Virus record (IMG/VR): IMGVR_UViG_2547132274_000016
Coordinates: 1-21,220 of that record
Length of the DNA: 21,220 bases
Strand: one strand, 5' to 3'
Source: a virus
Lineage: Duplodnaviria > Heunggongvirae > Uroviricota > Caudoviricetes
The translations under genes were made by a program, and so were the position numbers. This document shows, piece by piece, positions 1 to 8,572 of the stretch. How positions within the stretch are numbered: position 1 is the first letter of the stretch; each line of letters begins with the position of its first letter. The notes under the pieces are model-generated. The model made no database searches, was not told where the DNA came from, and saw nothing but the letters and a program-made list of their open reading frames with translations.

Positions 1-900
1 TTACCTTAACAGCGGGCAATCTGGTGGTAGCCGGCAACGCAATGCTGCCGGAAGTATTTCGATATGAAAACGTTGTCCGCTTAACGGTTCGCCATCAAGA
101 TTAAAGGTGATTTCATGCGGCGCTTGTATATCGAACCATGCCGAAGCGCCATCAATAATATTCGGGTTTTCTTCGTCAGGTTTTAAGGTTGAGAAGAGAG
201 CTGGAAGAATTTCATCGCCGGTGAAAATACGCAGTTGTAACAAACCATCATTGATCAGCGCATTTGGGCACAGTTGTTGACCGCCACCGGCTTGACGCCC
301 GTTGCCAATACCAATAACCAGCGCATCGCCTTGCCAGTGAAAATTTTCACCACGGATTTCACAGCGATCCGGTTGCAGGGTATCCATGCGCATTAAGCCG
401 TGAATGATATAAGAGACGCCACCCAGCGCGGCTTTTAATTTCTCGGGTGTTTCTGTGGTGATGCGCGTCCCAAATCCGCCCGTCGCCATGTTGATAAAAC
501 AGGTTTGTTTGTTGACCTGCGCCATATCAATCGCAATAGCGTTACCAGCAATTGCCAGTTTAAGTGCCTTATCCAGCGCCTCAGGAATACCCACACTGGT
601 GGCAAAATCGTTCGCTGTACCTAGCGGCAATATCCCCAACGCAGGAATTTCATTGCCCTCACACTGAATCAACGCCGTGGAGACTTCATTAATAGTGCCA
701 TCGCCACCGCCGGCAATCACCGTTGCAACGCCAAGCTGGCGGGCTTCCTCAACAAAACGCGCAGCATCACCTTTCTCCCAGGTAACCCGCACATGGATAG
801 TCATTCCTTCCACACGCAGCAGCATAATTGCTTCGCGTAATGTTTCATTGTCAGCACTTTTGCCGTTAAGAATCAGTAAGCTGGCGGGAAAATCTGCCAT
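1..900 (-). CDS. yegS: Lipid kinase YegS (diacylglycerol-kinase family), complete host gene
   Basis: 299-aa ORF with glycine-rich GGDGT nucleotide-binding motif typical of the DAGK/YegS family; translation recognised as enterobacterial YegS; normal GC, flanks the prophage. Confidence 0.88.
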   Translation of the reverse strand: MADFPASLLILNGKSADNETLREAIMLLRVEGMTIHVRVTWEKGDAARFVEEARQLGVATVIAGGGDGTINEVSTALIQCEGNEIPALGILPLGTANDFATSVGIPEALDKALKLAIAGNAIAIDMAQVNKQTCFINMATGGFGTRITTETPEKLKAALGGVSYIIHGLMRMDTLQPDRCEIRGENFHWQGDALVIGIGNGRQAGGGQQLCPNALINDGLLQLRIFTGDEILPALFSTLKPDEENPNIIDGASAWFDIQAPHEITFNLDGEPLSGQRFHIEILPAALRCRLPPDCPLLR

Positions 901-985
901 GATCGTATGCCTTTATGATTGGTCTGTAGATAGTGTAGAGCAGAAAAGAAAAGGCGGTGTCAGAACAGGATGAAAGTCGTGGTAC

Positions 986-1013
986 AAAAAAATAAGCCCG
1001 TGTAAGGGAGATT
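986..1013. other. Candidate attL core (P2-type att core-like sequence AAAAAAATAAGCCCGTGTAAGGGAGATT)
   Basis: Lies exactly between the host gene and the 3' end of int; matches my recollection of the ~27-bp P2 att core (from memory, not verified; A-run length may differ by one). Confidence 0.5.
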
Positions 1014-1092
1014 TAGGGTGTCACCAGTAGGGGCTTTCAACGGTACAATGCGGGTTTGAGCGGCATAAATTACCACTGAAAGCCCTTAAACG

Positions 1093-2106
1093 TTACTCTA
1101 CTGTGGACACTGTGTGGACACTCTCGGCCTCAGTACCACCTCTTAGCGGATTAAGAGAAATGGCGTCCTGAAGGTACTCTGGCGCAAAATGAGCGTAAAC
1201 CATAGTTTGCTCAATCCGCGTGTGACCTAGTATCCGTTGTAGCGTGATAATACTTCCTCCATTAATCATGAAATGAGTGGCAAAGCTGTGCCTTAGTGCA
1301 TGTGTGGCTTGCCCCGTTGGCAAATCCGGTTTTATTGCTTTCATTGTTCGTCTGAAGCGAGGGTAATCAGCATCAGGGAATAAAAAACCTCGTTTGTTAT
1401 CCGCGATCATTTTGGCAACAGCCTCTGAGATCGGGACGGTGCGTGGTTTGTTTGTTTTCGTTTTAACAAACGTGACGCGGTTATGGATGATATTTTCTGC
1501 TTTCAAACGAGCTGCTTCTCCCCAACGTGCTCCAGTACTCAGGCAAAGAATCGCAATCTTTTTATTGTCGCCGTCAAGAGCAGCAAGCAGTAAGGCAATT
1601 TCTTCCTGCGTGAGATAGCCTGTGTCTGGTTTTTCCTCCTTAAGCCTTTTTGTCCCTCTGATAGGGTGCTCACCAAAGAATAACTCCGCTTCAATCAGGG
1701 CTGTAAACATGCCGCTAATACATGTTAAATCACGATTGATACTCGAAGGTTTAATACCCTGACTTCTTCGGGTGGCGCAGTACTGGCTGATAAGCGATTT
1801 CGTAATTTGAAATGCGCATGGGTCATTCGTTATTTTTGTGAAGATTTCAATTTTTCCAAGATTAGATTTCCCATGCTCTTCGTGTTTACCCTTTAAATCC
1901 CACCAGATCTGTGTCAGCTCCGACAGACGTCGCTTGTCTGTTGGTTTTGATAGCCATTCTTTATTGTGGTGGTTGTACAACGTGTATTTCTCGAAAGCGA
2001 CAGCTTCGCTTTTCTTATCAAACTTCCTACGGATGCGTTTTCCATTACGTCCAGTAGGGCGGATGTCCACTTCATATCGACCATCATCGAGTTTTTTGAT
2101 TGCCAT
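1093..2106 (-). CDS. int: Phage integrase, tyrosine recombinase (P2 Int-like)
   Basis: 337 aa; C-terminal catalytic region ...HALRHSFATHF...LGHTRIEQTMVYAHF with the conserved R, H-x-x-R and Y; adjacent to the att core. Confidence 0.95.
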   Translation of the reverse strand: MAIKKLDDGRYEVDIRPTGRNGKRIRRKFDKKSEAVAFEKYTLYNHHNKEWLSKPTDKRRLSELTQIWWDLKGKHEEHGKSNLGKIEIFTKITNDPCAFQITKSLISQYCATRRSQGIKPSSINRDLTCISGMFTALIEAELFFGEHPIRGTKRLKEEKPDTGYLTQEEIALLLAALDGDNKKIAILCLSTGARWGEAARLKAENIIHNRVTFVKTKTNKPRTVPISEAVAKMIADNKRGFLFPDADYPRFRRTMKAIKPDLPTGQATHALRHSFATHFMINGGSIITLQRILGHTRIEQTMVYAHFAPEYLQDAISLNPLRGGTEAESVHTVSTVE

Positions 2107-2221
2107 CAGAAAACCCTCCGAGAGGTGTGTTTTTTGGCGACTACTAATCGCTTTTTTCGTGGTGGCTGAAATTTAGCCACCAATAGTAGGCACTTGTGAT
2201 GAATATATTCACGATGAATTG

Positions 2222-2521
2222 TTAACCAGTCTTTTGACCGGAGTGGGGCGACGTTGTTTCGTTTTGCCCAAAGTGTGCGAGAGCGGGCGCAATTTGCCCG
2301 GACTCAGGAGCGATCTGATTGGTCATGAACCATAAAGTGTATTTGGTGAATTGTGGGGTCTGCAGGATGTTCATCATGACATCTGTTGGAGGTGTTGAAC
2401 GACCACTTTCATAGTAACTCAGCGTGCCATACGGAACCCCTGTTAAATCAGCAAGTTGTTGTCTGCTCAAATACTCTGATTTTCGCATTAAGACTATCTT
2501 CTCGCTTATCGTGTTTGACAT
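2222..2521 (-). CDS. C: Immunity repressor C (P2 C-like, HTH)
   Basis: 99 aa, same length and position as P2 C; HTH segment LSRQQLADLTGVPYGTLSYYESG; divergent from cox. Confidence 0.85.
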   Translation of the reverse strand: MSNTISEKIVLMRKSEYLSRQQLADLTGVPYGTLSYYESGRSTPPTDVMMNILQTPQFTKYTLWFMTNQIAPESGQIAPALAHFGQNETTSPHSGQKTG

Positions 2522-2635
2522 GGTGTTTAGATCTCAATAGTATTTAGTTTAGATGTAGATTGTTTAGTGCTTGGATGTGGGCACTAAAAGGCATTATAAG
2601 GCATTAAACGCAATTCATGAGGGCTGGAGGACGAC
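2522..2635. promoter_or_regulatory. C/cox transcriptional switch region (divergent Pc/Pe promoters with direct-repeat operators)
   Basis: 114-bp AT-rich intergenic region between divergent C and cox; 8-bp direct repeat GTTTAGAT at 2525..2532 and 2548..2555 (23 bp apart), further TTTAG copies at 2543 and 2563, tandem GGCATTA at 2590/2600. Confidence 0.55.
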
Positions 2636-2911
2636 ATGAGCAAGCAAGTAACACTCATGACTGATGCGATTCCTTATCAGGAGTTCGCAAAACTAATAGG
2701 AAAATCGACAGGAGCGGTTCGTCGGATGATCGATAAAGGAAAGCTGCCTGTAATTGATATGACCGATCCACAATCAGCTTCAGGTCGTGCAGGTGAATAT
2801 TGGGTATACCTTCCGGCATGGAATAACGGACTAAAACTGGCTTATGAAAGCCGCCCTAAAGAGATTCGTGACGGCTGGTTGATGTGGTTAGGTCTCGGTG
2901 AACCACGTTAA
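2636..2911 (+). CDS. cox: Cox (excisionase / repressor of Pc), P2 Cox-like
   Basis: 91 aa, first gene of the rightward early operon, same length and position as P2 Cox. Confidence 0.85.
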   Translation: MSKQVTLMTDAIPYQEFAKLIGKSTGAVRRMIDKGKLPVIDMTDPQSASGRAGEYWVYLPAWNNGLKLAYESRPKEIRDGWLMWLGLGEPR

Positions 2912-2921
2912 GGAGAACCGT

Positions 2922-3092
2922 ATGAATGAGCCTCGTTGTATTGCTCAGTTACTGCGTAACGAAAGCCCCAGGGCGATTGACTTCAACATCACCCACGGTA
3001 AGGGGCGTAAGGGAATCATTATCCGCACCAAAAAACAGAGTCCGTTAAAAAAGGCTCTGACCTTTCTGAAAAGCCGGAGGGTATGGAAATGA
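2922..3092 (+). CDS. Small early protein (position of P2 orf78)
   Basis: ORF with AGGAG RBS before the ATG at 2922 (six-frame track starts earlier at 2898); stop TGA overlaps the B start (ATGA). Confidence 0.5.
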   Translation: MNEPRCIAQLLRNESPRAIDFNITHGKGRKGIIIRTKKQSPLKKALTFLKSRRVWK

Positions 3093-3589
3093 CAGTGATG
3101 ACGCTCAATCTCGTTGAAAAACAGCCAGCAACTATGCGCCGGATAATTGGTAAGCATCTGGCCGTCCCTCGCTGGCAGGAGACATGCGATTATTATAATC
3201 AGATGATGGAACGTGAACGGCTAACGGTTTGCTTCCATGCGCAGTTAAAACAGCGTCACGCAACGATGCGTTTTGAAGAAATGAACGACGTCGAACGTGA
3301 ACGACTGGTATGTGCAATTGATGAATTGCGTGGGGCATTCTCAAAACGCCGTCAGGTTGGCGCAAGTGAGTATGCATATATTAGTTTTTTAACAGTCAGT
3401 CAGCGTCGCACTTTATTTATGCACGCACGACTGACAGAAAAAGAATTTAACCAGCCATACTGGCGAATTAATGAAGAATCATGTTACTGGCGTGATGCTT
3501 TATTCCGTGCATTACGTGAATTATTCAGTCTGTTTGAGTATGCACCGACAATTCTGACGTCGGTAAAACCAGAGCAATATCTGCATTAA
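3089..3589 (+). CDS. B: Replication protein B (P2 gpB-like)
   Basis: 166 aa from the ATG at 3089, matching P2 B length and position; translationally coupled to the upstream ORF. Confidence 0.75.
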   Translation: MTVMTLNLVEKQPATMRRIIGKHLAVPRWQETCDYYNQMMERERLTVCFHAQLKQRHATMRFEEMNDVERERLVCAIDELRGAFSKRRQVGASEYAYISFLTVSQRRTLFMHARLTEKEFNQPYWRINEESCYWRDALFRALRELFSLFEYAPTILTSVKPEQYLH

Positions 3590-3652
3590 GTAATTAACCA
3601 GAGTTTTTAACGCACTTAATTGTGCGGGGCTTCTTTTTGCCTGGAGAAAGTC

Positions 3653-3877
3653 ATGCATACAGTTTCTGAAAATCAGTGCGGTATATACGCATTACTGCTG
3701 CAACAGGCCAGAACCGAAGCACAGGCCGACGCTGCGACGCGCTTTTCTTCTCATCTTGACGCCATGATTCGCCACATCACAAAGGCGGAGTTATCCCGCG
3801 TGGAGATAGTCGAGCTGCTCAGTCAGGAGTCGGAAAAATTTCACAATATCGGATTGTCTCGTGGGGAGGTGCTTTGA
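3653..3877 (+). CDS. Small early hypothetical protein (P2 orf80-region)
   Basis: ORF in early operon; GGAGA RBS before the ATG at 3653 (longer alternative from 3620). Confidence 0.45.
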
Positions 3878-4179
3878 TGTCCTGTTCTCGTTCAATTGTA
3901 TTACTGAATAACGCCTTAAAAATCGCCGTTATGGAAAATGGCGATTTGTCTCTTATTCAACTTGGTCTTGATAAAGAAAAGCGCGACATAACTGAATCTG
4001 TTATCGCGATTTATCAGAGCGAATTAAACCTCCTGTCTGATGTGATCAATTTACTTGTGAAACGCGCTGTATTTCACAAGCAAATTTCCTCAGTGGATGA
4101 ACTGACAAAATTAACGACAGAACTCGCCAGCTATTGCGCTGATGAATTTAAGAAACTGAACGACAAAAGGAACTGGTAA
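3874..4179 (+). CDS. Small early hypothetical protein (P2 orf81-region)
   Basis: 101-aa ORF, start overlaps the upstream stop (ATGA), same strand as early operon. Confidence 0.5.
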
Positions 4180-4403
4180 TGCCGGACAACGTAGATTTCA
4201 TTCAGGAACAACAGGCTGAATTACTGGAGCGCCAGATTAACGCGGCAAGGGTAAAACATTGCTGTGCTTCTGCGCTGGTTTGCGAAGAGTGTGATGCGCC
4301 AATACCTGCTGCCCGTCGTGCGGCTTATCCGTCAGCCACGCGTTGTGTTTCCTGCCAGTCAGTCTTTGAAGCAAAAAACAAGCATTACCGGAGAATGGCA
4401 TGA
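4179..4403 (+). CDS. C4-type zinc-finger protein, DksA/TraR family
   Basis: 74 aa with CxxC...CxxC arrangement (C-ASALV-C-EEC ... C-VSC) typical of TraR/DksA-like zinc fingers; start overlaps upstream stop. Confidence 0.65.
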   Translation: MPDNVDFIQEQQAELLERQINAARVKHCCASALVCEECDAPIPAARRAAYPSATRCVSCQSVFEAKNKHYRRMA

Positions 4404-4675
4404 GTATTCGTATCGAAATTGGCGAACGTTATGTCGTTACCAGTGACAGCTTTCAGTTTATTCTCCACGAGAAAAAGAGAGCGGAAAGCGGTAAAAACGC
4501 CGGCCAGGAATGGCTGGCGGTGGTTGGTTATTACCCGAAATTAAGCCAGCTCGTTTCCGGCATGATGCATCACGATATTCTGACCGGAAGCGCAAAATCT
4601 TTTGCTGATTTAAACGCGCAGGTTGAGCAACTCAGCAAGCGTTGTTCAGAGGCTTTTGGCTCACATGGCCGTTAA
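4400..4675 (+). CDS. Small early hypothetical protein immediately upstream of A
   Basis: 91-aa ORF, 4-nt start overlap with previous gene, 3' end overlaps the A start. Confidence 0.5.
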   Translation: MSIRIEIGERYVVTSDSFQFILHEKKRAESGKNAGQEWLAVVGYYPKLSQLVSGMMHHDILTGSAKSFADLNAQVEQLSKRCSEAFGSHGR

Positions 4676-6950
4676 AGCCTCCGGGCGTTTTGTCCCTCCG
4701 TCAGCATTTGCCGCAGGCACCGGTAAGGCGTTTACCGGTGCTTATGCATGGAACGCGCCACGCGAGGCTGTCGGGCGCGAAAGACCCCTTACACGTGACG
4801 AGATGCGTCAGGTGCAAGGTGTTTTATCCACGATTAACCGCCTGCCTTACTTTTTGCGCTCGCTGTTTACTTCACGCTATGACTACATCCGGCGCAATAA
4901 AAGCCCGGTGCACGGGTTTTATTTCCTCACATCCACTTTTCAGCGTCGTTTATGGCCGCGCATTGAGCGTGTGAATCAGCGCCATGAAATGAACACCGAC
5001 GCGTCGTTGCTGTTTCTGGCAGAGCGTGACCACTATGCGCGCCTGCCGGGAATGAATGACAAGGAGCTGAAAAAGTTTGCTGCCCATATCTCATCGCAGC
5101 TTTTCATGATGTATGAGGAACTCTGCGATGCCTGGGTGGATGCGCATGGCGAAAAAGAATCGCTGTTTACGGATGAGGCGCAGGCACATCTGTATGGTCA
5201 TGTTGCTGGCGCTGCACGTGCTTTCAATATTTCCCCGCTTTACTGGAAAAAATACCGTAAAGGGCAGATGACCACGAGGCAGGCATATTCTGCCATTGCC
5301 CGCCTGTTTAACGATGAGTGGTGGACTCATCAGCTTAAAGGCCAGCGTATGCGCTGGCATGAGGCGTTACTGATTGCTGTCGGGGAGGTCAATAAAGACC
5401 GTTCTCCTTATGCCAGTAAACATGCCATTCGTGATGTGCGTGCGCGCCGCCAGGCAAATCTGGAATTTCTTAAATCGTGTGACCTTGAAAACAAGGAAAC
5501 CGGCGAGCGCATCGACCTTATCAGTAAGGTGATGGGCAGTATTTCTAATCCAGAAATTCGCCGGATGGAGCTGATGAACACCATCGCCGGTATTGAGCGT
5601 TACGCCGCCGCAGAGGGTGATGTGGGGATGTTTATCACGCTGACCGCGCCGTCAAAGTATCACCCGACACGTCAGGTCAGAAAAGGCGAAAGTAAAACCG
5701 TCCAGCTAAATCACGGCTGGAACGATGAGGCATTTAATCCAAAGGATGCGCAGCGTTATCTCTGCCGTATCTGGAGCCTGATGCGCACGGCATTCAAGGA
5801 TAATGATTTACAGGCCTACGGTTTGCGAGTCGTCGAGCCACACCACGACGGAACGCCGCACTGGCATATGATGCTTTTTTGTAATCCACGCCAGCGTAAC
5901 CAGATTATTGAAATCATGCGTCGCTATGCGCTCAAAGAGGATGGCGACGAAAGAGGAGCCGCGCGAAACCGTTTTCAGGCAAAACACCTTAACCGGGGCG
6001 GTGCTGCGGGATATATCGCGAAATACATCTCAAAAAACATCGACGGCTATGCACTGGATGGTCAGCTCGATAACGATACCGGCAGACCGCTGAAAGATAC
6101 TGCGGCGGCTGTTACCGCATGGGCGTCAACGTGGCGCATTCCGCAATTTAAAACGGTTGGTCTGCCGACAATGGGGGCTTACCGTGAACTACGCAAATTG
6201 CCTCGCGGCGTCAGCATTGCTGATGAGTTTGACGAGCGCGTCGAGGCTGCACGCGCCGCTGCAGACAGTGGTGATTTTGCGTTGTATATCAGCGCGCAGG
6301 GCGGGGCAAATGTCCCGCGCGATTGTCAGACTGTCAGGGTCGCCCGTAGCCCGTCGGATGACGTTAACGAGTACGAGGAAGAAGTCGAGAGAGTGGTCGG
6401 CATTTACGCGCCGCATCTCGGCGCGCGTCATATTCATATCACCAGAACGACGGACTGGCGCATTGTTCCGAAAGTGCCGGTCGTTGAGCCTTTGACTTTA
6501 AAAAGCGGCATCGCCGCGCCTCGGAGTCCTGTCAATAACTGTGGAAAGCTCACCGGTGGTGATACTTCGTTACCGGCTCCCACACCTTCTGAGCACGCCG
6601 CAGCAGTACTTAATCTGGTTGATGACGGTGTTATCGAATGGAATGACCAGGAGGTCGTGAAGGCGCTAAGGGGCGCATTAAAACACGGGCTGAGAACGCC
6701 AAATCGTCAGCAAAGAAACGGAAGCCCGTTAAAACCGCATGAAATTGCACCATCGGCCAGACTGACACGGTCGGAACGAATGCAAATTACCCGTATTCGC
6801 GTTGACCTCGCTCAGAACGGTATCAGGCCGCAGCGATGGGAGCTTGAGGCGCTGGCGCGTGGCGCGACCGTAAATTATGACGGGAAAAAATTCACGTATC
6901 CGGTCGCTGATGAGTGGCCGGGATTCTCAACAGTAATGGAGTGGACATGA
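4665..6950 (+). CDS. A: Replication initiation endonuclease A (rolling-circle nickase, P2 gpA-like)
   Basis: 761 aa from MAVKASGRF (track ORF starts 14 codons earlier); contains the HxH metal motif region ...EPHHDGTPHWHMMLF...; length equals P2 A. Confidence 0.9.
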   Translation: MAVKASGRFVPPSAFAAGTGKAFTGAYAWNAPREAVGRERPLTRDEMRQVQGVLSTINRLPYFLRSLFTSRYDYIRRNKSPVHGFYFLTSTFQRRLWPRIERVNQRHEMNTDASLLFLAERDHYARLPGMNDKELKKFAAHISSQLFMMYEELCDAWVDAHGEKESLFTDEAQAHLYGHVAGAARAFNISPLYWKKYRKGQMTTRQAYSAIARLFNDEWWTHQLKGQRMRWHEALLIAVGEVNKDRSPYASKHAIRDVRARRQANLEFLKSCDLENKETGERIDLISKVMGSISNPEIRRMELMNTIAGIERYAAAEGDVGMFITLTAPSKYHPTRQVRKGESKTVQLNHGWNDEAFNPKDAQRYLCRIWSLMRTAFKDNDLQAYGLRVVEPHHDGTPHWHMMLFCNPRQRNQIIEIMRRYALKEDGDERGAARNRFQAKHLNRGGAAGYIAKYISKNIDGYALDGQLDNDTGRPLKDTAAAVTAWASTWRIPQFKTVGLPTMGAYRELRKLPRGVSIADEFDERVEAARAAADSGDFALYISAQGGANVPRDCQTVRVARSPSDDVNEYEEEVERVVGIYAPHLGARHIHITRTTDWRIVPKVPVVEPLTLKSGIAAPRSPVNNCGKLTGGDTSLPAPTPSEHAAAVLNLVDDGVIEWNDQEVVKALRGALKHGLRTPNRQQRNGSPLKPHEIAPSARLTRSERMQITRIRVDLAQNGIRPQRWELEALARGATVNYDGKKFTYPVADEWPGFSTVMEWT

Positions 6951-7402
6951 TGGCAAAAATTCACGAGGTAAAGCTGCACGCAAAATATTTCGACCTTGTG
7001 CTGGAAGGAAAGAAACGCGCAGAGTTTCGGAAAAATGACCGTAATTATGAGCGCGGGGACACGTTGATTTTGCATGAATGGGTGCAGGGTGTGTACACGG
7101 GGCGAAAGGTTGAAGCCCGGATAACAGATGTTACTGACCTGTCAGACTGGCTGGAAGATTATGTATTGCTAAGTATTGAGCTGCTTAATACAGGCACATA
7201 TGAGATTGTGAACTGGAAAGAACTTAGTGAGCGTGGTCTGGTATTCAGAATTAATCATGAAATTATGCATCAGCTCGGCCTTGCTGTTATGTATGAACCA
7301 GAGACGGGGATGTCTGGCGGGGCAATGGTTGCCATGGATGGAGCATGGAACTATTCAGATGAACAGATGGAGCGTGCACAGCAAAACGGGTGGCTTGGAT
7401 AA
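6947..7402 (+). CDS. DUF3850/ASCH-like (PUA-fold) domain protein, cargo gene 1
   Basis: Start ATG overlaps the A stop (ATGA); N-terminal ~70 aa (KIHEVKLHAKYFDLVLEGKKRAEFRKNDRNYERGDTLILHEW) resembles ASCH/DUF3850 domains; assignment from motif memory only. Confidence 0.55.
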   Translation: MMAKIHEVKLHAKYFDLVLEGKKRAEFRKNDRNYERGDTLILHEWVQGVYTGRKVEARITDVTDLSDWLEDYVLLSIELLNTGTYEIVNWKELSERGLVFRINHEIMHQLGLAVMYEPETGMSGGAMVAMDGAWNYSDEQMERAQQNGWLG

Positions 7403-7608
7403 TGCACAGAATACCAGGCGAGATACCGCACCATAAAACTAAAAATATCAAGCTGATGGCTATTGTTCAGCGTTTACAGCGGATTATGGTCAACGAAAAT
7501 CTGACGCCAGATGAGCTAGTCGGGTGTGCCGAAATAGTCCGGGATAATTACGGGCGGTTTAACCATATCGGTCAATCAAGAGTTACGCCACCACCACGCA
7601 GACGATAG
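7402..7608 (+). CDS. Small hypothetical protein, cargo gene 2
   Basis: 68-aa ORF whose ATG overlaps the upstream TAA (TAATG); basic C-terminus (PPPRRR); no recognisable domain. Confidence 0.4.
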   Translation: MHRIPGEIPHHKTKNIKLMAIVQRLQRIMVNENLTPDELVGCAEIVRDNYGRFNHIGQSRVTPPPRRR

Positions 7609-7837
7609 AGAACGCCGCCAGTCGTGAAACTTGTTTTCAGGGCTGGCGGGGTTGAACAACGAGCGAAGCGAGGCGTTAGTTGACAGTCATATTTTTACTG
7701 CGTTGGTGCTGGTTTTTGACGGTTGAAAGGAGTTAGCTCGGAGAGCTAAAGCTAACAACTTACAAATATTCAAAAGTAAGCTTCCTGTTGCTAACATAAG
7801 GTCGATTTTTTATGTGGATGATGCAAAAAGGATAGCT

Positions 7838-8569
7838 ATGGATATTGTAATCGCTTTTCTATCACTCGCTTTTTTCGTTGCTTTTTTCATCGGGTTAATC
7901 AAGCCATCACTGGTGCGGATGCCAAACCGTAAACGTGCAAGTGCGGTTTATCTCGGAGGTGGTTTTGCATTGAGCATAATTGGTTCAATACTCTACCCAA
8001 CAGAAAAAAGCCAGCCAGTTGCTAAAACTGAAACAGCAACCGTAGCAGAACACCAGGCTCAAAAAACATTCGAATATACTGAAAAAACACTCAAGGAATA
8101 TCGGAACGAGCCAAAGAAGACTCGACACGATATTGTGAATAGTTACATTAACTTTAAGAAAGTGCCAGTCACCGCATCAGATGCATTTTATGCCTGCATG
8201 AGTGAGTATACATTTACCAAAGATGATGAGTTGAAACTCGGTGATGTTCTTGGGTGGTGCTTTAATGATTATGAAAATGACCCGAATTCACTAAACAATA
8301 AAATCAATCTTGATACATTTCAGAGCAATTTTAGTGGTTGGGATGGTTCTTATCGTCCATTGGAAAAACTAATTAAAGATAATATGAACGATGATTCATC
8401 TTATAAACATGTGTCAACGGTATATCATTTGGTTTTGAATAAAGACCCGCACGCCATTGTGAAAACCACATTTCGTGGCACTAATGCTTATGGAGGAGTA
8501 GTTAAACAGACTATTGCTGCGCGTGTCGACATCCGAACGGGCGAAGTCGTTTCAGTATTAGATAACTAA
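7838..8569 (+). CDS. Membrane-anchored hypothetical protein (two N-terminal TM helices plus ~175-aa soluble domain), cargo gene 3
   Basis: AAGGA RBS 5 nt before the ATG at 7838 (track ORF from GTG 7814); hydrophobic stretches IVIAFLSLAFFVAFFIGLI and AVYLGGGFALSIIGSIL; AT-rich codon usage unlike the phage backbone. Confidence 0.6.
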   Translation: MDIVIAFLSLAFFVAFFIGLIKPSLVRMPNRKRASAVYLGGGFALSIIGSILYPTEKSQPVAKTETATVAEHQAQKTFEYTEKTLKEYRNEPKKTRHDIVNSYINFKKVPVTASDAFYACMSEYTFTKDDELKLGDVLGWCFNDYENDPNSLNNKINLDTFQSNFSGWDGSYRPLEKLIKDNMNDDSSYKHVSTVYHLVLNKDPHAIVKTTFRGTNAYGGVVKQTIAARVDIRTGEVVSVLDN

Positions 8570-8572
8570 TCG

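Noticed and set aside
455-973. Plus-strand ORFs (455..667, 677..973) overlapping yegS
   Set aside because: Antisense to a conserved 299-aa host gene; no support for independent coding.
901-1092. tRNA or sRNA gene at the integration site
   Set aside because: No cloverleaf-compatible sequence (no acceptor-stem/T-arm GTTC pattern) is apparent; P2-type integration does not require a tRNA target.
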